DNA of 63,344 nt, filler included, from Octopus bimaculoides (GCF_001194135.2; 6 parts of 6 records of this genome joined end to end with filler, not necessarily neighbours in it); one strand, 5' to 3'. Positions 37,745-49,289 are shown, counted from the first letter of the whole stretch. Notes: generated from the letters alone by a model not told the origin. Program-made: numbers and translations.

Positions 37745-38072
37745 TCAAAATTCCTTCTCTTGCGAGTTACTGGGTAACCCTGCAGGTGCCGGTGCCACGT
37801 AAAAAACATTCAGTCCACACTGTAAAGTGGTTGGCATTTGGAAGGGCATCCAGCTGTAAAAATCCGACCAAAACTGGCCTCACCTATGCTAGTGCTACAT
37901 AAAATGCACTGAGTCCACTCTGTTGAGTGATTGGTGTTAGGGAGAGCATCCAGTCAGAAATCCTGCCAAAACAGACACAGTAGCCTGGGGTTGTATTCTA
38001 CCTGTTTGGCTCCTGTTGATCGTCCTACTCATGCATGCATAGAAGGCAGACATTAAACAATGATAATGATGT
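37745..38072 (+). mobile_element. SINE / bipartite RTE-derived element (family D) with duplicated AAGGGCATCCAG module
   Basis: GGTGCCACGTAAAA...GGTTGGCATTTGGAAGGGCATCCAGCTGTAAAA repeated in degenerate form; ends CATAGAAGGCAGACATTAAACAATGATAATGATG, an RTE-type (GAT)n tail. Confidence 0.7.
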
Positions 38073-38118
38073 GTATTATTACAATAACCTAATGAGGCGT
38101 GCTTGTAAATGTGATATA

Positions 38119-38321
38119 CTCTTTTACTTGTTTCAGTCATTTGACTGTGGCCATGCTGGAGCACCACCTTTAATCAAGCAAATCGACCCCAGGACTTATT
38201 AATTGTAAGTTTAGTACTTATTCTATCGGTCTCTTTTGCCAAACCGCTAAGTTAAGGGAGATGTAAACACACCAGCATTGGTTGTCAAGCGATGCTGGGG
38301 AGGACAAACACAGACGCACAA

Positions 38322-38360
<39 letters not shown>

Positions 38361-38530
38361 CATATATCTGATGAGCTCCCTTTCAGTTTCCGTCTACCAA
38401 ATCCACTCACAAGGCTTTGGTCGGCCCGAGGCTATAGTAGAAGTCACTTTCCCAATGTGCTACACAGTAAGACTGAACCCAGGACCATGTGGTTGGTAAG
38501 CAAGCTACTTACCACACAGCCACTCCTGTG
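38119..38530 (-). mobile_element. SINE family A, full length
   Basis: Clean reverse complement of 212-672. Confidence 0.9.
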
Positions 38531-39112
38531 CCTATTCTAATGAATTTAACAAATTGCTACTTTGGTGTGCGATATATAATAATGAAGTGTGATTTGAGGG
38601 AAATTTCAGTTGCTTTTATGAGCAAATTGAGTGATCATATAGTGCAGCTGGTCTCAACTAGTGGTGTATGACAACATTTTCAGTGGCACAAAGAAATATG
38701 AAAAAAAAAAAATCATTGTCTTCAAATAGAGTAGTATTAAACATTATGTATGTGATTATTTTAATTAATTTCTGCTAGATTGCATTATTTGATCTTGAAA
38801 TGGATATTTTCTCTTTAATTTTCAGTCTAATTTCATTGATTTTATGCTCAATTGGTTTATAAAACTATTAAGTAGATCAAATTTAAGCATGACAAAAAGC
38901 CAGTTAACAACATGATGTAAGGGATTATTTGTGCAGTTCGTTAAAAGTCCTTGGGTAATTTAAGGCGCATATCCATATTGAGACATATATAGTAAGGCTT
39001 TTACAGTCTTGTCTATATTATATCAGGCCATTAATCATTAGTGGAGTTAATAGAAATGATATATATAATAATAACAAACCTTCCAATATTTGTTACTATG
39101 TTCTTTGTATGT

Positions 39113-39149
<37 letters not shown>

Positions 39150-39504
39150 AACACACACACACACACACACATACAAACACACACACACATGCATACATAT
39201 TCTTGAATGAGTTACAATATATGGAAAAAGATTTTCTTATATTTATAATTATTAATAATATTAAAAACAATCTTACAAATAAAGCATGTATCTGAAAACC
39301 TGTGAAAGCCCTTATACAAAACTTTCCTTCCATCTGTTTGTTAGTCCTCATTTTTTACAGATCCATAATAAAATAATTTTTATTTAAGGAATCTGATTTT
39401 TAATTATATATATGTATATATGTCTCTATGTGTGTATATATGTGTATGCAACAATGTAACTGTTTATCATTTATGATATATAATTAAGTCTAGTTTGGCT
39501 GCGA

Positions 39505-39848
39505 AGGTGCAGGAGTGGCTGTGTAGGTGCAGGAGTGGCTGTGTGCTAAATAGCTTGCTTACCAACCACATAGTTCCAGGTTCAGTCCCACTGTGTGGCA
39601 CTTTGAGCAAGTGTCTTCTACTATAGCCTTGGGCTGACCAAAGCCTTGTGAGTGGATTTCGTAGATGGAAACTGAAAGAAATCCGTTGCATATATATATA
39701 TATATGTGTATAAGATTGTGTGTTTGTGTTTGCCCCCGCACCATTGCTTGACAACCGATTTTGGTGTGTTTAAGTCCTCGTAACTTAGCAGTTCAGCAAA
39801 AGAAACTGATAGGATAAGTACTAGGCTTACAAAGAATAAGTCCTGAAA
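39505..39848 (+). mobile_element. SINE family A, duplicated head start, 3' end interrupted
   Basis: GGTGCAGGAGTGGCTGTGT occurs twice, then the family A body up to GAATAAGTCCTG. Confidence 0.88.
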
Positions 39849-39849
39849 T

Positions 39850-40126
39850 AAATTCGACTGCTATCACAAACAAGAATACTAAAAATGAACCTGACTGCTC
39901 TCAAAATTAAGTGAAAAGAATGGAAAAATAAACCAGAGTCCTTGTCCGGTACTGGATCAATCCCAAAGTCTAACCAGTCCGTGCCAGTTATGAGGCCAAA
40001 CATCCCTGAAAGTTTCATCTGAATCCATCCAGTAGTTCTTGAGATATCTTGTCCACAGACTAACAAACAAACAAACAAACATGACTGTAAACAATACCTC
40101 CATCTTAGCGAAGGTGGAGGTAATAA
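39850..40126. mobile_element. Helentron / DINE-1-like non-autonomous element
   Basis: Terminal hairpin ACCTCCATCTT-AGCG-AAGGTGGAGGT (40096-40121) preceded by (AAAC)n and TTTCATCTGAATCCATCCAGTAGTTCTTGAG. This is the architecture of DINE/HINE elements. Confidence 0.65.
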
Positions 40127-41029
40127 GTGTGCTAACAAAGGTTGTGACAGTCAAATACAAACTCTTTCTCATTACTAAAGAGGGAGACCTTATGTCTGTC
40201 TTTTAGAAAAAAAAAAAAAAGAATCAATAAACCTACTTTCAGCATACATGTGTGGTACAAAGGGCAAATGTTGGACACATGATCTATCTTTGTCAGTACA
40301 ATACATGAATGTCTGCTTAATTTCAGAATGAAACCTGCAATGGTTACAAAAACATATATGAAGAAGACTTCATTGAGGAATATTTTAATGTGCCAAAGAG
40401 AAACATTTTTGTCTGTAAATCTGCAATTTGGATTACATCCAAGCCAATGTTGCTCTGAGTACTGGAATTTTGCCTAGACTTTCGACCCAATGACCTTGAT
40501 ATAAATGCAGTGTTTTTCCAGGGTTTACCTAGTGTATGAATTAAGGAAATATATATATTTTCAGGAATCGGTCACGACCTATATGAAGAAATATTTGATT
40601 TGTGGCCTACTGACCTTCAGTTATAATATCTGAAATCAGTTGTGGGGTTTAACAACAAGAATTTCATTTAGTTCATCTCTCACGCAACCATTTCCGTGTG
40701 GTACTAATGTCTAGATAAGTTAAAAGCTAAGTAATGTGTTTGACACTTAGACAAAAGAAAGTGGAAGGGCACGCATACATATGTGTACACCTATATATAT
40801 ATATATATATATACACTTATATATATTTATATATTTGTATATGTATATATATTTATATACATATATACATGTATATATATGTATGTATATATATACATAT
40901 ATATATATTTATATATATGTATATGTATATATATTTATATGCATATATATATGTATATATGTATTTATATATGTATATATATATATATTCATGTATATAT
41001 GTACATATATATATATATTCATGTATATA

Positions 41030-41126
<97 letters not shown>

Positions 41127-41257
41127 AGATATATGTATGTATGTGCATATGTATATATATATATGTGTATGTATGTTTATATCTATATATCTATCTATAT
41201 ATATATACACATATATATAATATATATGCATATATCTATTATATATGACTATAACTA

Positions 41258-41580
41258 GCACTCCGTCACTTATGACGATGAGTGTTCCAGTTGATCCGAT
41301 CAATGGAACAACATGGTCATAGAATTAAGGTGCAAGTGGCTGAGTACTCCACAGGCACGTGTACCCCTTCACATACTTCTGAGAGAGATTCAGCATGATG
41401 CAGAGTGTGACAAAACTGCCCCTTTGAAATACCAATACTACTCGTTTTTGAAAGCTGAGTGGACTGGAGTATTGTGAAATAAAGTGCCTTGCTCAAGGAT
41501 ACAATGCAATACTGGAAATCGAACTCATGACCTTACGATCACGACTGAATATCCTAAACACTAAGCCACATGCCCTCACT
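41258..41580 (-). mobile_element. SINE family C, full length
   Basis: Colinear with 4944-5246. Confidence 0.88.
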
Positions 41581-41721
41581 ATATGTATACATTATGTCTG
41601 ATATATATATATATATATGTATGTATGATATATAAATACATGTATACACACATGTAGATGGATATATATATATATATATTTATATACATACTCATGCACT
41701 TACATGCACACACACACACAC

Positions 41722-41821
41722 NNNNNNNNNNNNNNNNNNNNNNNNNNNNNNNNNNNNNNNNNNNNTTAATTAATTAANNNNNNNNNNNNNNNNNNNNNNN
41801 NNNNNNNNNNNNNNNNNNNNN
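41722..41821. other. Artificial scaffold spacer 44N-TTAATTAATTAA-44N
   Basis: Same construct as 16009-16108. Confidence 0.97.
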
Positions 41822-41864
<43 letters not shown>

Positions 41865-42362
41865 CATACTCAAGGAAAGAGAGTATGCATAGAGAATATT
41901 GACACAATATATATAAAGTAACTATATAACAATTCAATAGAAATTAAGGTTTCATGTTATACAAACAATCGTTAGTAAGGCAACATACAATGAATTGAAA
42001 TGTGTGTGTGTGTGTGTGTATGTAATGAAAATAGCTCTATATTTTGCGGGCGTACGTACAGAAATGCTATCAATAATATTGTTGATTAGCTAAACTGTCA
42101 TTAATGAACAGAGAGTATGAGCGCACACAAGCGCACAGACGCCGACATACACACACACACACAGACACATATTTAGCGTTGTCACAAGACCGAGAACTAA
42201 TTCGATTTTACATCACATTTCTAAGTCATTCAAATAACATTTTCACTTTAGATTACACGCTTACACTAATAAATATATATTTTCCGTTTAGTTGACGACT
42301 ACGTATTTTCTAGTAAATGTACATTCGCAAATATATTTTAGATGTGTGAACATTACATACAG

Positions 42363-42402
<40 letters not shown>

Positions 42403-42867
42403 NNNNNNNNNNNNNNNNNNNNNNNNNNNNNNNNNNNNNNNNNNNNNNNNNNNNNNNNNNNNNNNNNNNNNNNNNNNNNNNNNNNNNNNNNNNNNNNNNN
42501 NNNNNNNNNNNNNNNNNNNNNNNNNNNNNNNNNNNNNNNNNNNNNNNNNNNNNNNNNNNNNNNNNNNNNNNNNNNNNNNNNNNNNNNNNNNNNNNNNNNN
42601 NNNNNNNNNNNNNNNNNNNNNNNNNNNNNNNNNNNNNNNNNNNNNNNNNNNNNNNNNNNNNNNNNNNNNNNNNNNNNNNNNNNNNNNNNNNNNNNNNNNT
42701 TATGCACACACATGTATATGTCTATGTGTGTATACATACACATGATAAGTAGATATGTGTATATGTGTCCATATGCGTATCTCACTGCATGGCACCTTGG
42801 GCAACCGTCTTCCACTATAGCCCCTGTCCAACCAAATGTGTATGCCACCATTACCATTTTAAAATCC

Positions 42868-42990
42868 ACATTTCCATGGTTCCATGGGTCAGACTGTGTT
42901 TACTGACACAGATGTTCTATGGCCAGATGCTCTTTCTGTTACCAAGCCATACCTATTTCTGAACAAAGTAATATCTCTGCATGGCCATTT
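42868..42990 (-). mobile_element. SINE 3' tail with RTE-type end
   Basis: Reverse complement GAAAGAGCATCTGGCCATAGAAC...CTGACCCATGGAACCATGGAAATGTGGATTTTAA matches the tail at 44985-45095. Confidence 0.65.
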
Positions 42991-43109
42991 ATTATTTGGG
43001 GGGGGGGGCAGAATATTGGAAGCGAATGGCTACAAGACAAACGGTCACAAACACATGCATGTATGTATTAATATTTGCATGTTTGTTTTTACATTCAGTT
43101 ATAACAAAA

Positions 43110-43625
43110 CCAATTCTATATTTAAAAGATGAGGGATTGTTTACATTATTTACATTTGATGGATATTTGTCCTCATCTTGTTTGTTAACACAACGTTTCG
43201 GCTGATGTACCCTCCAGCCTTCATCAGGTGTCTTGGGGAAATTTCGAACCTGGTTTTTAGTCTCTACATCTACACAGGAAAGTTAGATGGTTTGAAAGAC
43301 GAGCTAGTTTTTGATGGAGTTTCTCTATGTCTCCATTGAAGTCTAATGTTGGTTCCGTACTGATTAGATAATACAGTTCTATTTTTAAGAGACAAGGAAT
43401 TATGTACATTATTTACATTTGACGGATATTTGTCCTCATCTTGTTTGTTGTTTACACAACATTCCGGCTGATATACTCTCCAGCCTTCATCAGGTGTCTT
43501 CAGAAAATTTCGAACCTGGTTCAAAATTTTCCCAAGACACCTGATGAAGGCTGGAGTGTATATCAGCCGGAATGTTGTGTAAACAACAAACAAGATGAGG
43601 ACAAATATCCGTCAAATGAAAACAA
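43110..43625 (-). mobile_element. Penelope-like element: pLTR - ORF 5' fragment - pLTR plus inverted pLTR
   Basis: Three copies of a ~115-bp unit (two tandem on minus, one inverted about centre 43517). The intervening minus frames read LSNQYGTNIRLQW/ DIEKLHQKLARLSNHLTFLCRCR, like the Penelope N-terminal NHL.FL.RC motif. Confidence 0.8.
43187..43232 (-). ncRNA. Minimal type-I hammerhead ribozyme motif, intact core
   Basis: GACAC-CTGATGA-A-GGCTG(GAGGGTACAT)CAGCC-GAAA-CG-T-T-GTGTT. Helix I 5 bp, helix II 5 bp, helix III the palindrome ACGT, cleavage triplet GUU. Confidence 0.75.
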
Positions 43626-43765
43626 TTTTACATTAATCTGATGGGTTACTCTATACTTTATAGAGCACAAATTTATTATTCAAATACAACAATGTTGTTG
43701 ACAGTGACTTTGAAGTTTTGGCCAATGCACACACATTGGGCTTTTTCTTAATTATCATTTACCAA

Positions 43766-45095
43766 ATCTCACTGCATGGCACCTTGGGCAACCGTTTTCT
43801 ACTATAGCCCCTGACCAACCAAAGCCGTGTAAGGAATTTGTTAGATGGAAACTGAAAGAAGCCCATCGTAAATGTATTGATGACAGTATAAGTGAGTGTG
43901 TGCATATGTCTGCGTTCCTTTGCCTTGGTATCACATGGTAGTTGTAAATGAGTGTCACTCATTCATTTCGAATATTCTGCAAAGGCCTATCTGGTCATAC
44001 AGAAGTAATAGGTTGGGAAGAAAGTCCTGTTGCATTTCAAGATGAGAAAGAAAGAAATAATTTCTTGATCTTAATTGATATATTTAATCGAGATAATATT
44101 GTCCTTCGATAACACAACGCCATCGATATAGCAAATTGTTGATGATTCAGGCATAAAATTCTACAGGTTTCAAAGCAAAGAAACATTCAATATTGTTTTT
44201 AACCTCTTCATAAGTAATAAACTACTTTCTTTCTAAATAATGCTGCAAGGATGTAGGAAGAGTATAGCCAGATGGAGCAATGTGAGAAAAGTAAGGAGGA
44301 TGAAGCAAAATTTTTATATTTAAAGCAATAATCTTTTCTTGAGTCACTTGAGTAATATGTAGTCTTAACGGCAATGCTTCTCCGCGTTAATATTTGTCAT
44401 TCTAGTTTAAAACTTCATGATGGACAACATCCTTTATATCCTGCAAAACACACAGCATAACTTTTTTGGAGTGTACTCCTGGTTTAAGGATGGATACTCC
44501 TTTCTCTTTAAGTTCTAACCACTGTTATTTTTGTTGGACATGAGTGTAGAGAAGCTATTTTACATCAATGATTCTACCCAGGAAAGGTTCAGTAGCAAGT
44601 CCACTCTTCAATGAAAAGCAGAAGGAATTTTTTGATTAAGCTGAGAAGCAGTCAGACAATTAGGAAACCCACTGTCAAATTTTAGATATTTTCCCAGTTC
44701 TTGAAGGTGTTTTATAATCAGAGTGTGAATTGAACTCTATTGCTAATTCCTGTGAAGTCTGCTTTGGATTTTCAACTACAATTTCCAGAAGGTCAGTATT
44801 TAACAGAACTTAATCCTCAGGTTGGAGGGCATCTGGGAGAGAAATATTTTACTGAGCCATGTCAAACCATCACTGGCATATCCAAACACTTAAAGCTTCA
44901 TTTCTATAGTCATAACTAATATTTCTTGCTGCTTCCACTGTTGAAGAGCCTAAAATGTGACAGGACTTTCTTTCCGACATAATATTGCCTTTCTTGTAAA
45001 CAGGTGAGGATTGGTGGCAGTATGAGCATCCAGACAGAGAAAATCTGCCTCAATAGACTCCATCTAACTCACATAAACATGGAAAAATGGATATT
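43766..45095 (+). mobile_element. SINE with family A body and alternative RTE-type tail, split by a mariner (pieces 43766-44007 and 44983-45095)
   Basis: Removing 44008-44984 rejoins ...GGTCATACAGAAGTA TTGCCTTTCTTGTAAACAGGTGAGGATTGG... into a continuous SINE. Confidence 0.7.
44008..44982 (-). mobile_element. Mariner element, internally deleted, pseudogenised transposase
   Basis: 30-bp TIRs (24/30 identical, core AAGAAAGTCCTGT) with TA at 44006-7 and 44983-4. Minus frames give VENPKQTSQELA, EPFLGRI, KKVMLCV, a HPPYSPDLAPSDY-like segment and FY..I.NL..RW..VI. Confidence 0.85.
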
Positions 45096-45127
45096 GTATA
45101 TTTTATATACACACACATAGAAGCATA

Positions 45128-45310
45128 TTCTTTTATTCTTTCATTTGTTTCAGTCATTTGACTGTGGCCATGATGGAGCACAACCTTTAGTCGAACAAAT
45201 CGACCTCAGGATTTATTCTATTGGTCTCTTTTCTGAACTGTTAAGGGATGGGGACATAAACGGGACATAAACATACCAACAATAATGGAGGGACAAATGT
45301 AGACACACAA
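45128..45310 (-). mobile_element. SINE family A 3' part
   Basis: Reverse complement of the family A tail. Confidence 0.8.
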
Positions 45311-45314
45311 ACAA

Positions 45315-45347
<33 letters not shown>

Positions 45348-45648
45348 NNNNNNNNNNNNNNNNNNNNNNNNNNNNNNNNNNNNNNNNNNNNNNNNNNNNN
45401 NNNNNNNNNNNNNNNNNNNNNNNNNNNNNNNNNNNNNNNNNNNNNNNNNNNNNNNNNNNNNNNNNNNNNNNNNNNNNNNNNNNNNNNNNNNNNNNNNNNN
45501 NNNNNNNNNNNNNNNNNNNNNNNNNNNNNNNNNNNNNNNNNNNNNNNNNNNAATCCATGTATATAATGGTTGGAAAAATAAGGATGCATGAGAATTGAGA
45601 GTTGTGTTAGGTTTAAAAAAGGGTTAAAAGTTTGTGTTAAGCAGGAAG

Positions 45649-45810
45649 TGTGGTGTCAAAACAGGAAGTGTGGGTAAGGGGAGACAAATGTTTTTAGTTG
45701 GAGTTATGAACTCTTTGTGGTGTCAAAACAGGAAGTGTGTGTAAGGGGAGACAAACGTTTTTAGTTGGAGTTATGAACTCTTTTAAGAGTTCATAACTCC
45801 AACTAAAAAC
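45649..45810. repeat. ~67-bp tandem duplication ending in a perfect 26-bp-arm hairpin
   Basis: GTGGTGTCAAAACAGGAAG...TATGAACTCTTT twice; 45757-45782 is the exact reverse complement of 45785-45810. Confidence 0.9.
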
Positions 45811-45814
45811 ATTT

Positions 45815-46168
45815 AGCCCATCAGGAATCACTGCAGAGATGCTCAAAATATCTGGCAGTGTCGGCTATAGCCTAATCACCCGTATTGTTAACCAGGTGAT
45901 ACACGAAGGAGTCATACCCAATGACTGGTGTAGCAGCACCATAGTCAACTGCTACAAAAATAGAGGTGACGCTTTAGATACAAATAATTACAGAGGTATC
46001 AAGTCATTGGATCAGGTAATGAAGGTCACGGAGAGGGTTATAGTGCAACTAATTAGGGAAAGAGTCAGTTTAGATGAGATGCAGTTTGGGTTCGTGCTAG
46101 GGAAAAGCACCACTAATGCTATATTTCTGGGAAGCCAGCTGCAGGGGAGTAACTAGCCAAAGATAAAC
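45815..46168 (+). mobile_element. RTE LINE reverse transcriptase fragment (N-terminal RT motifs)
   Basis: PSGITAEMLK...IPNDW.SS.IV.CYK..GDA...NYRGIK.L...MKVTERV...QFGFV.GKSTT.AIF. Confidence 0.92.
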
Positions 46169-47194
46169 CTGGCTTCATTCCTTGCGAGCCTAAGCATGTC
46201 CTCAGCAGTCACAGCCCATGTTTCACTACCATGAAGCATGGCTGTTCGTACACATGCATCATACAGTCTGCCTTTTACTCTGAGTGAGAGGCCACTTGTC
46301 ACCAGCAGAGGTAAGAGCTCTCTGAACTTTGCCCAGGTTATTCTTATTCTAGCAGCTACACTTTCAGCGCACCCTCTCCCACTACTAACTTGGTCACCTA
46401 GATAGCAGAAGTTATCTACTACGTCTAGTTTTTCTCCCTGGAATGTGGCAAAAGTTGTTTTCTGCACATTTTCAGTGTTTATTGCTCCTGAACATCTGCG
46501 ACATACAAAAACTATCTTCCTAGTTAAGCTTCCTTTGATATTGCTGCACCTCTTATGTGTCCATAGCTTGCACTGGGTACATCTTATGGAGTTTCTACCT
46601 ATACCTTTTCTACAGATCGAGCAGGGTCATATGCCTGAAGGGATTTGTGGTTTGTCTGCCTTCCTACTTATTAGGACTTTGGTTTTAGCTAGGGTGACTC
46701 TAACGCCCTTTGATTCTAGTCCTTGCCTCCACACCTGAAACTTCTCCTCTAATTCTGATAGTGACTCAGCAATTAGAGCAAGGTCATCAGCATAGAGGAG
46801 CTTCCAGGGGCAACCTGTCTTGAATTCCTCTGTTATTGCCTGGAGGACTATGATAAATAGGAGGGGGCTGAGGACAGAATCTTGGTGGACCTCTACCCGG
46901 AATTCTTCACTGTACTCATTGCCAACCCTCACCTTACTGACAGCGTCTCTGTACATGGCTCACACAGCCCTCACTAACCATTCTTCTATCCCTAGTTTCC
47001 TCACTGACCACCAGATGAGGGATCAGGGGACCCTATCAAAGGCTTTCTCCATGTCAACGAAAGCCAGGTACAGAGGTTTATCCTTGGCTAGGTATTTCTC
47101 CTGAAGCTGTCTTTCCCAGGCACAAACCCAAACTGCATCTCATATAAACTGACTCGCTCCCTAAGTAGTTGGGCTATGACCCTCTCCGTGACTT
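46167..47194 (-). mobile_element. RTE LINE reverse transcriptase fragment with PHD-like insert, truncated by a gap
   Basis: AFVDMEKAFDRVP, VHQDSVLSPLLF, LLYADDL, KTKVL, FCYLGD, LHGSETW; few stops. Confidence 0.93.
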
Positions 47195-47294
47195 NNNNNN
47201 NNNNNNNNNNNNNNNNNNNNNNNNNNNNNNNNNNNNNNTTAATTAATTAANNNNNNNNNNNNNNNNNNNNNNNNNNNNNNNNNNNNNNNNNNNN
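47195..47294. other. Artificial scaffold spacer 44N-TTAATTAATTAA-44N
   Basis: Same construct as 16009-16108. Confidence 0.97.
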
Positions 47295-47329
<35 letters not shown>

Positions 47330-49289
47330 CGTGTGCGTGCGTGTGCGTGCGTGTGCGTGCGTGTGCGTATGTGTGTGTGCGTGTGTTTGTACAAAGGTTG
47401 AATTTGATTCGTCGTTTAATTAGGAGTTTTTCCAAAAAAGATTTCTAATGTAGATTCTTCATATTTTGTTGGTAGCTTACTGGCCTAAGTATGCAAATAT
47501 GAAAATAATACTTGCATGTGGTGTGTTGTGAAATTATGGAAAGGAATCCCATAAAGCTCAACAATCTGGTTAAATATGGAGAAGAGAAGATGTTAAAATA
47601 TATTAGGGAATTTTAATTCATGCAGACGATGGTTACGTACAGTGATATAAAAATCATGCAAATTCATGGTTGAATAGAAATAATTAAATTAATTAAATTA
47701 AATGAATTATATATCACTGTACTCTTCAGCGCAAGAAATATATACAAAATTTTTACAAAGGACTTGAGATAGGAAATAGCAGAATAGTATCTAGGAGATT
47801 CATATTTATCCTTATGAGAAACAAAATGTGAGTGCAGTTAGGTATTAACTAAAAATTGAAGGCAGTAACGATTATTTGAAAATATAAGTGAAAGCGGTTT
47901 CAGAGACGTTCCCTCTATACATGAGTAAGGTGATGAGAAATTCTAATTCCCATTGAGTCGTGAGGGTAAAGATTGTATAGAAATGTCCATTGGAATGGCA
48001 TGGCTATACTTGAATTAAGATTTGTCCTGACAGTTAAAAACAATACTATGTGTGGTGCATATTTAAAAAAAAAAATTATACATGGGAATAAAGCTAATTT
48101 AAAGGAGATAGTGTATAAAGGGCTACTGGATTGTTAATGTAGACAAGTGTTAGTGAGGTAAAAAAGGGTTAAAGAGAGAATAAGATGCATAAAATGGACT
48201 TGTGTTTGCATAAGAACCTAATATTCGTTTGTATGTATTAAATATAAGTAAAAACACAAAAAGATAATTGTTGATATTACAATTTACATAGTAAATACTT
48301 GCTGTGGCTACAAAGACGAAAAAAGAGCGCTCAAAAATTTATTATTGCATGAAGGAATACTAAAAAATAACAATGTAGGGGAGATAAATTAGCTGAGAAT
48401 GAAAAATAGAAAATTGAGAGTTTAAATTATATGTAATTATATCTAAGGTTATACAGTGACTATGTTTAAGTATAAATAAAAATATGAGGTAAGGAACTAG
48501 CTTGGCATAATGTGAGAGTGATATATAGTGCCATTGAGTTAGTATCAATATTGAAGTAATAGAAGAATATTGTGCATTATGAATATAAGAAAAGATACGA
48601 GTATTGGGGTGGGTGCACATAAGCATACAAACTAATTTATATATATAATATCATATAAAAATGCTATAAGGAAAAAAATGTTAGTATAATTAATTATACG
48701 TGAGTAGAGGTATATCTGCACATTTGTATAGATAGATATAGGAATTCTAGTGGTGATTTGATTAGGGTATACATAAAGGAAGGAATGCCATTAAATATAT
48801 ATATATATATATATATAGACTCATACCGGTGCAAAGAGAAAAGGCACACGCTTATAGATATAAGTACACACGCATATAAAAATAGTAGTATATATATATG
48901 TGGGTGCGAAACATACGTATATGTGCACACGTTCTTATTAAAAAAACACGTGTTAGTGGCAACATATAGTGAATAAACACACAATGATAAAATATATGCA
49001 CATACAGATGACATATAAGATCCATATCTAGTTATGCAGACATGGTTGTAGGCAAGTAGGACACCAAAAAGTACTATATATGTTTGCATATATCAGCAGT
49101 AAAATATATTCTATTATAAGGTAGAGTGATAAGTAACATAAAGCAGTATTAGTTAGTATGAGTATGTTGGGGTGGGGGGTAAAAGGACACATTATGCAAA
49201 TATAATAAAATACAAAAATTATAGGTATACTAAGGAAAGATATTTATTTTTTAAAAGGTATATATTGAGCGAAAATGAGGTGTAGGGAG

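Noticed and set aside
43536-43581. Active hammerheads in the two fold-back arms
   Set aside because: GAAA is mutated to GGAA and the helix III palindrome is broken in both; kept only as decayed copies.
42778-43822. Direct repeats at 42778-42836 and 43766-43822 as LTRs or a large TSD around the Penelope element
   Set aside because: Both are ordinary family A SINE body fragments with several differences; shared subfamily ancestry explains them.
47500-49280. Decayed LINE/PLE coding sequence in the A-rich block
   Set aside because: No RT or endonuclease motif could be read in any frame.
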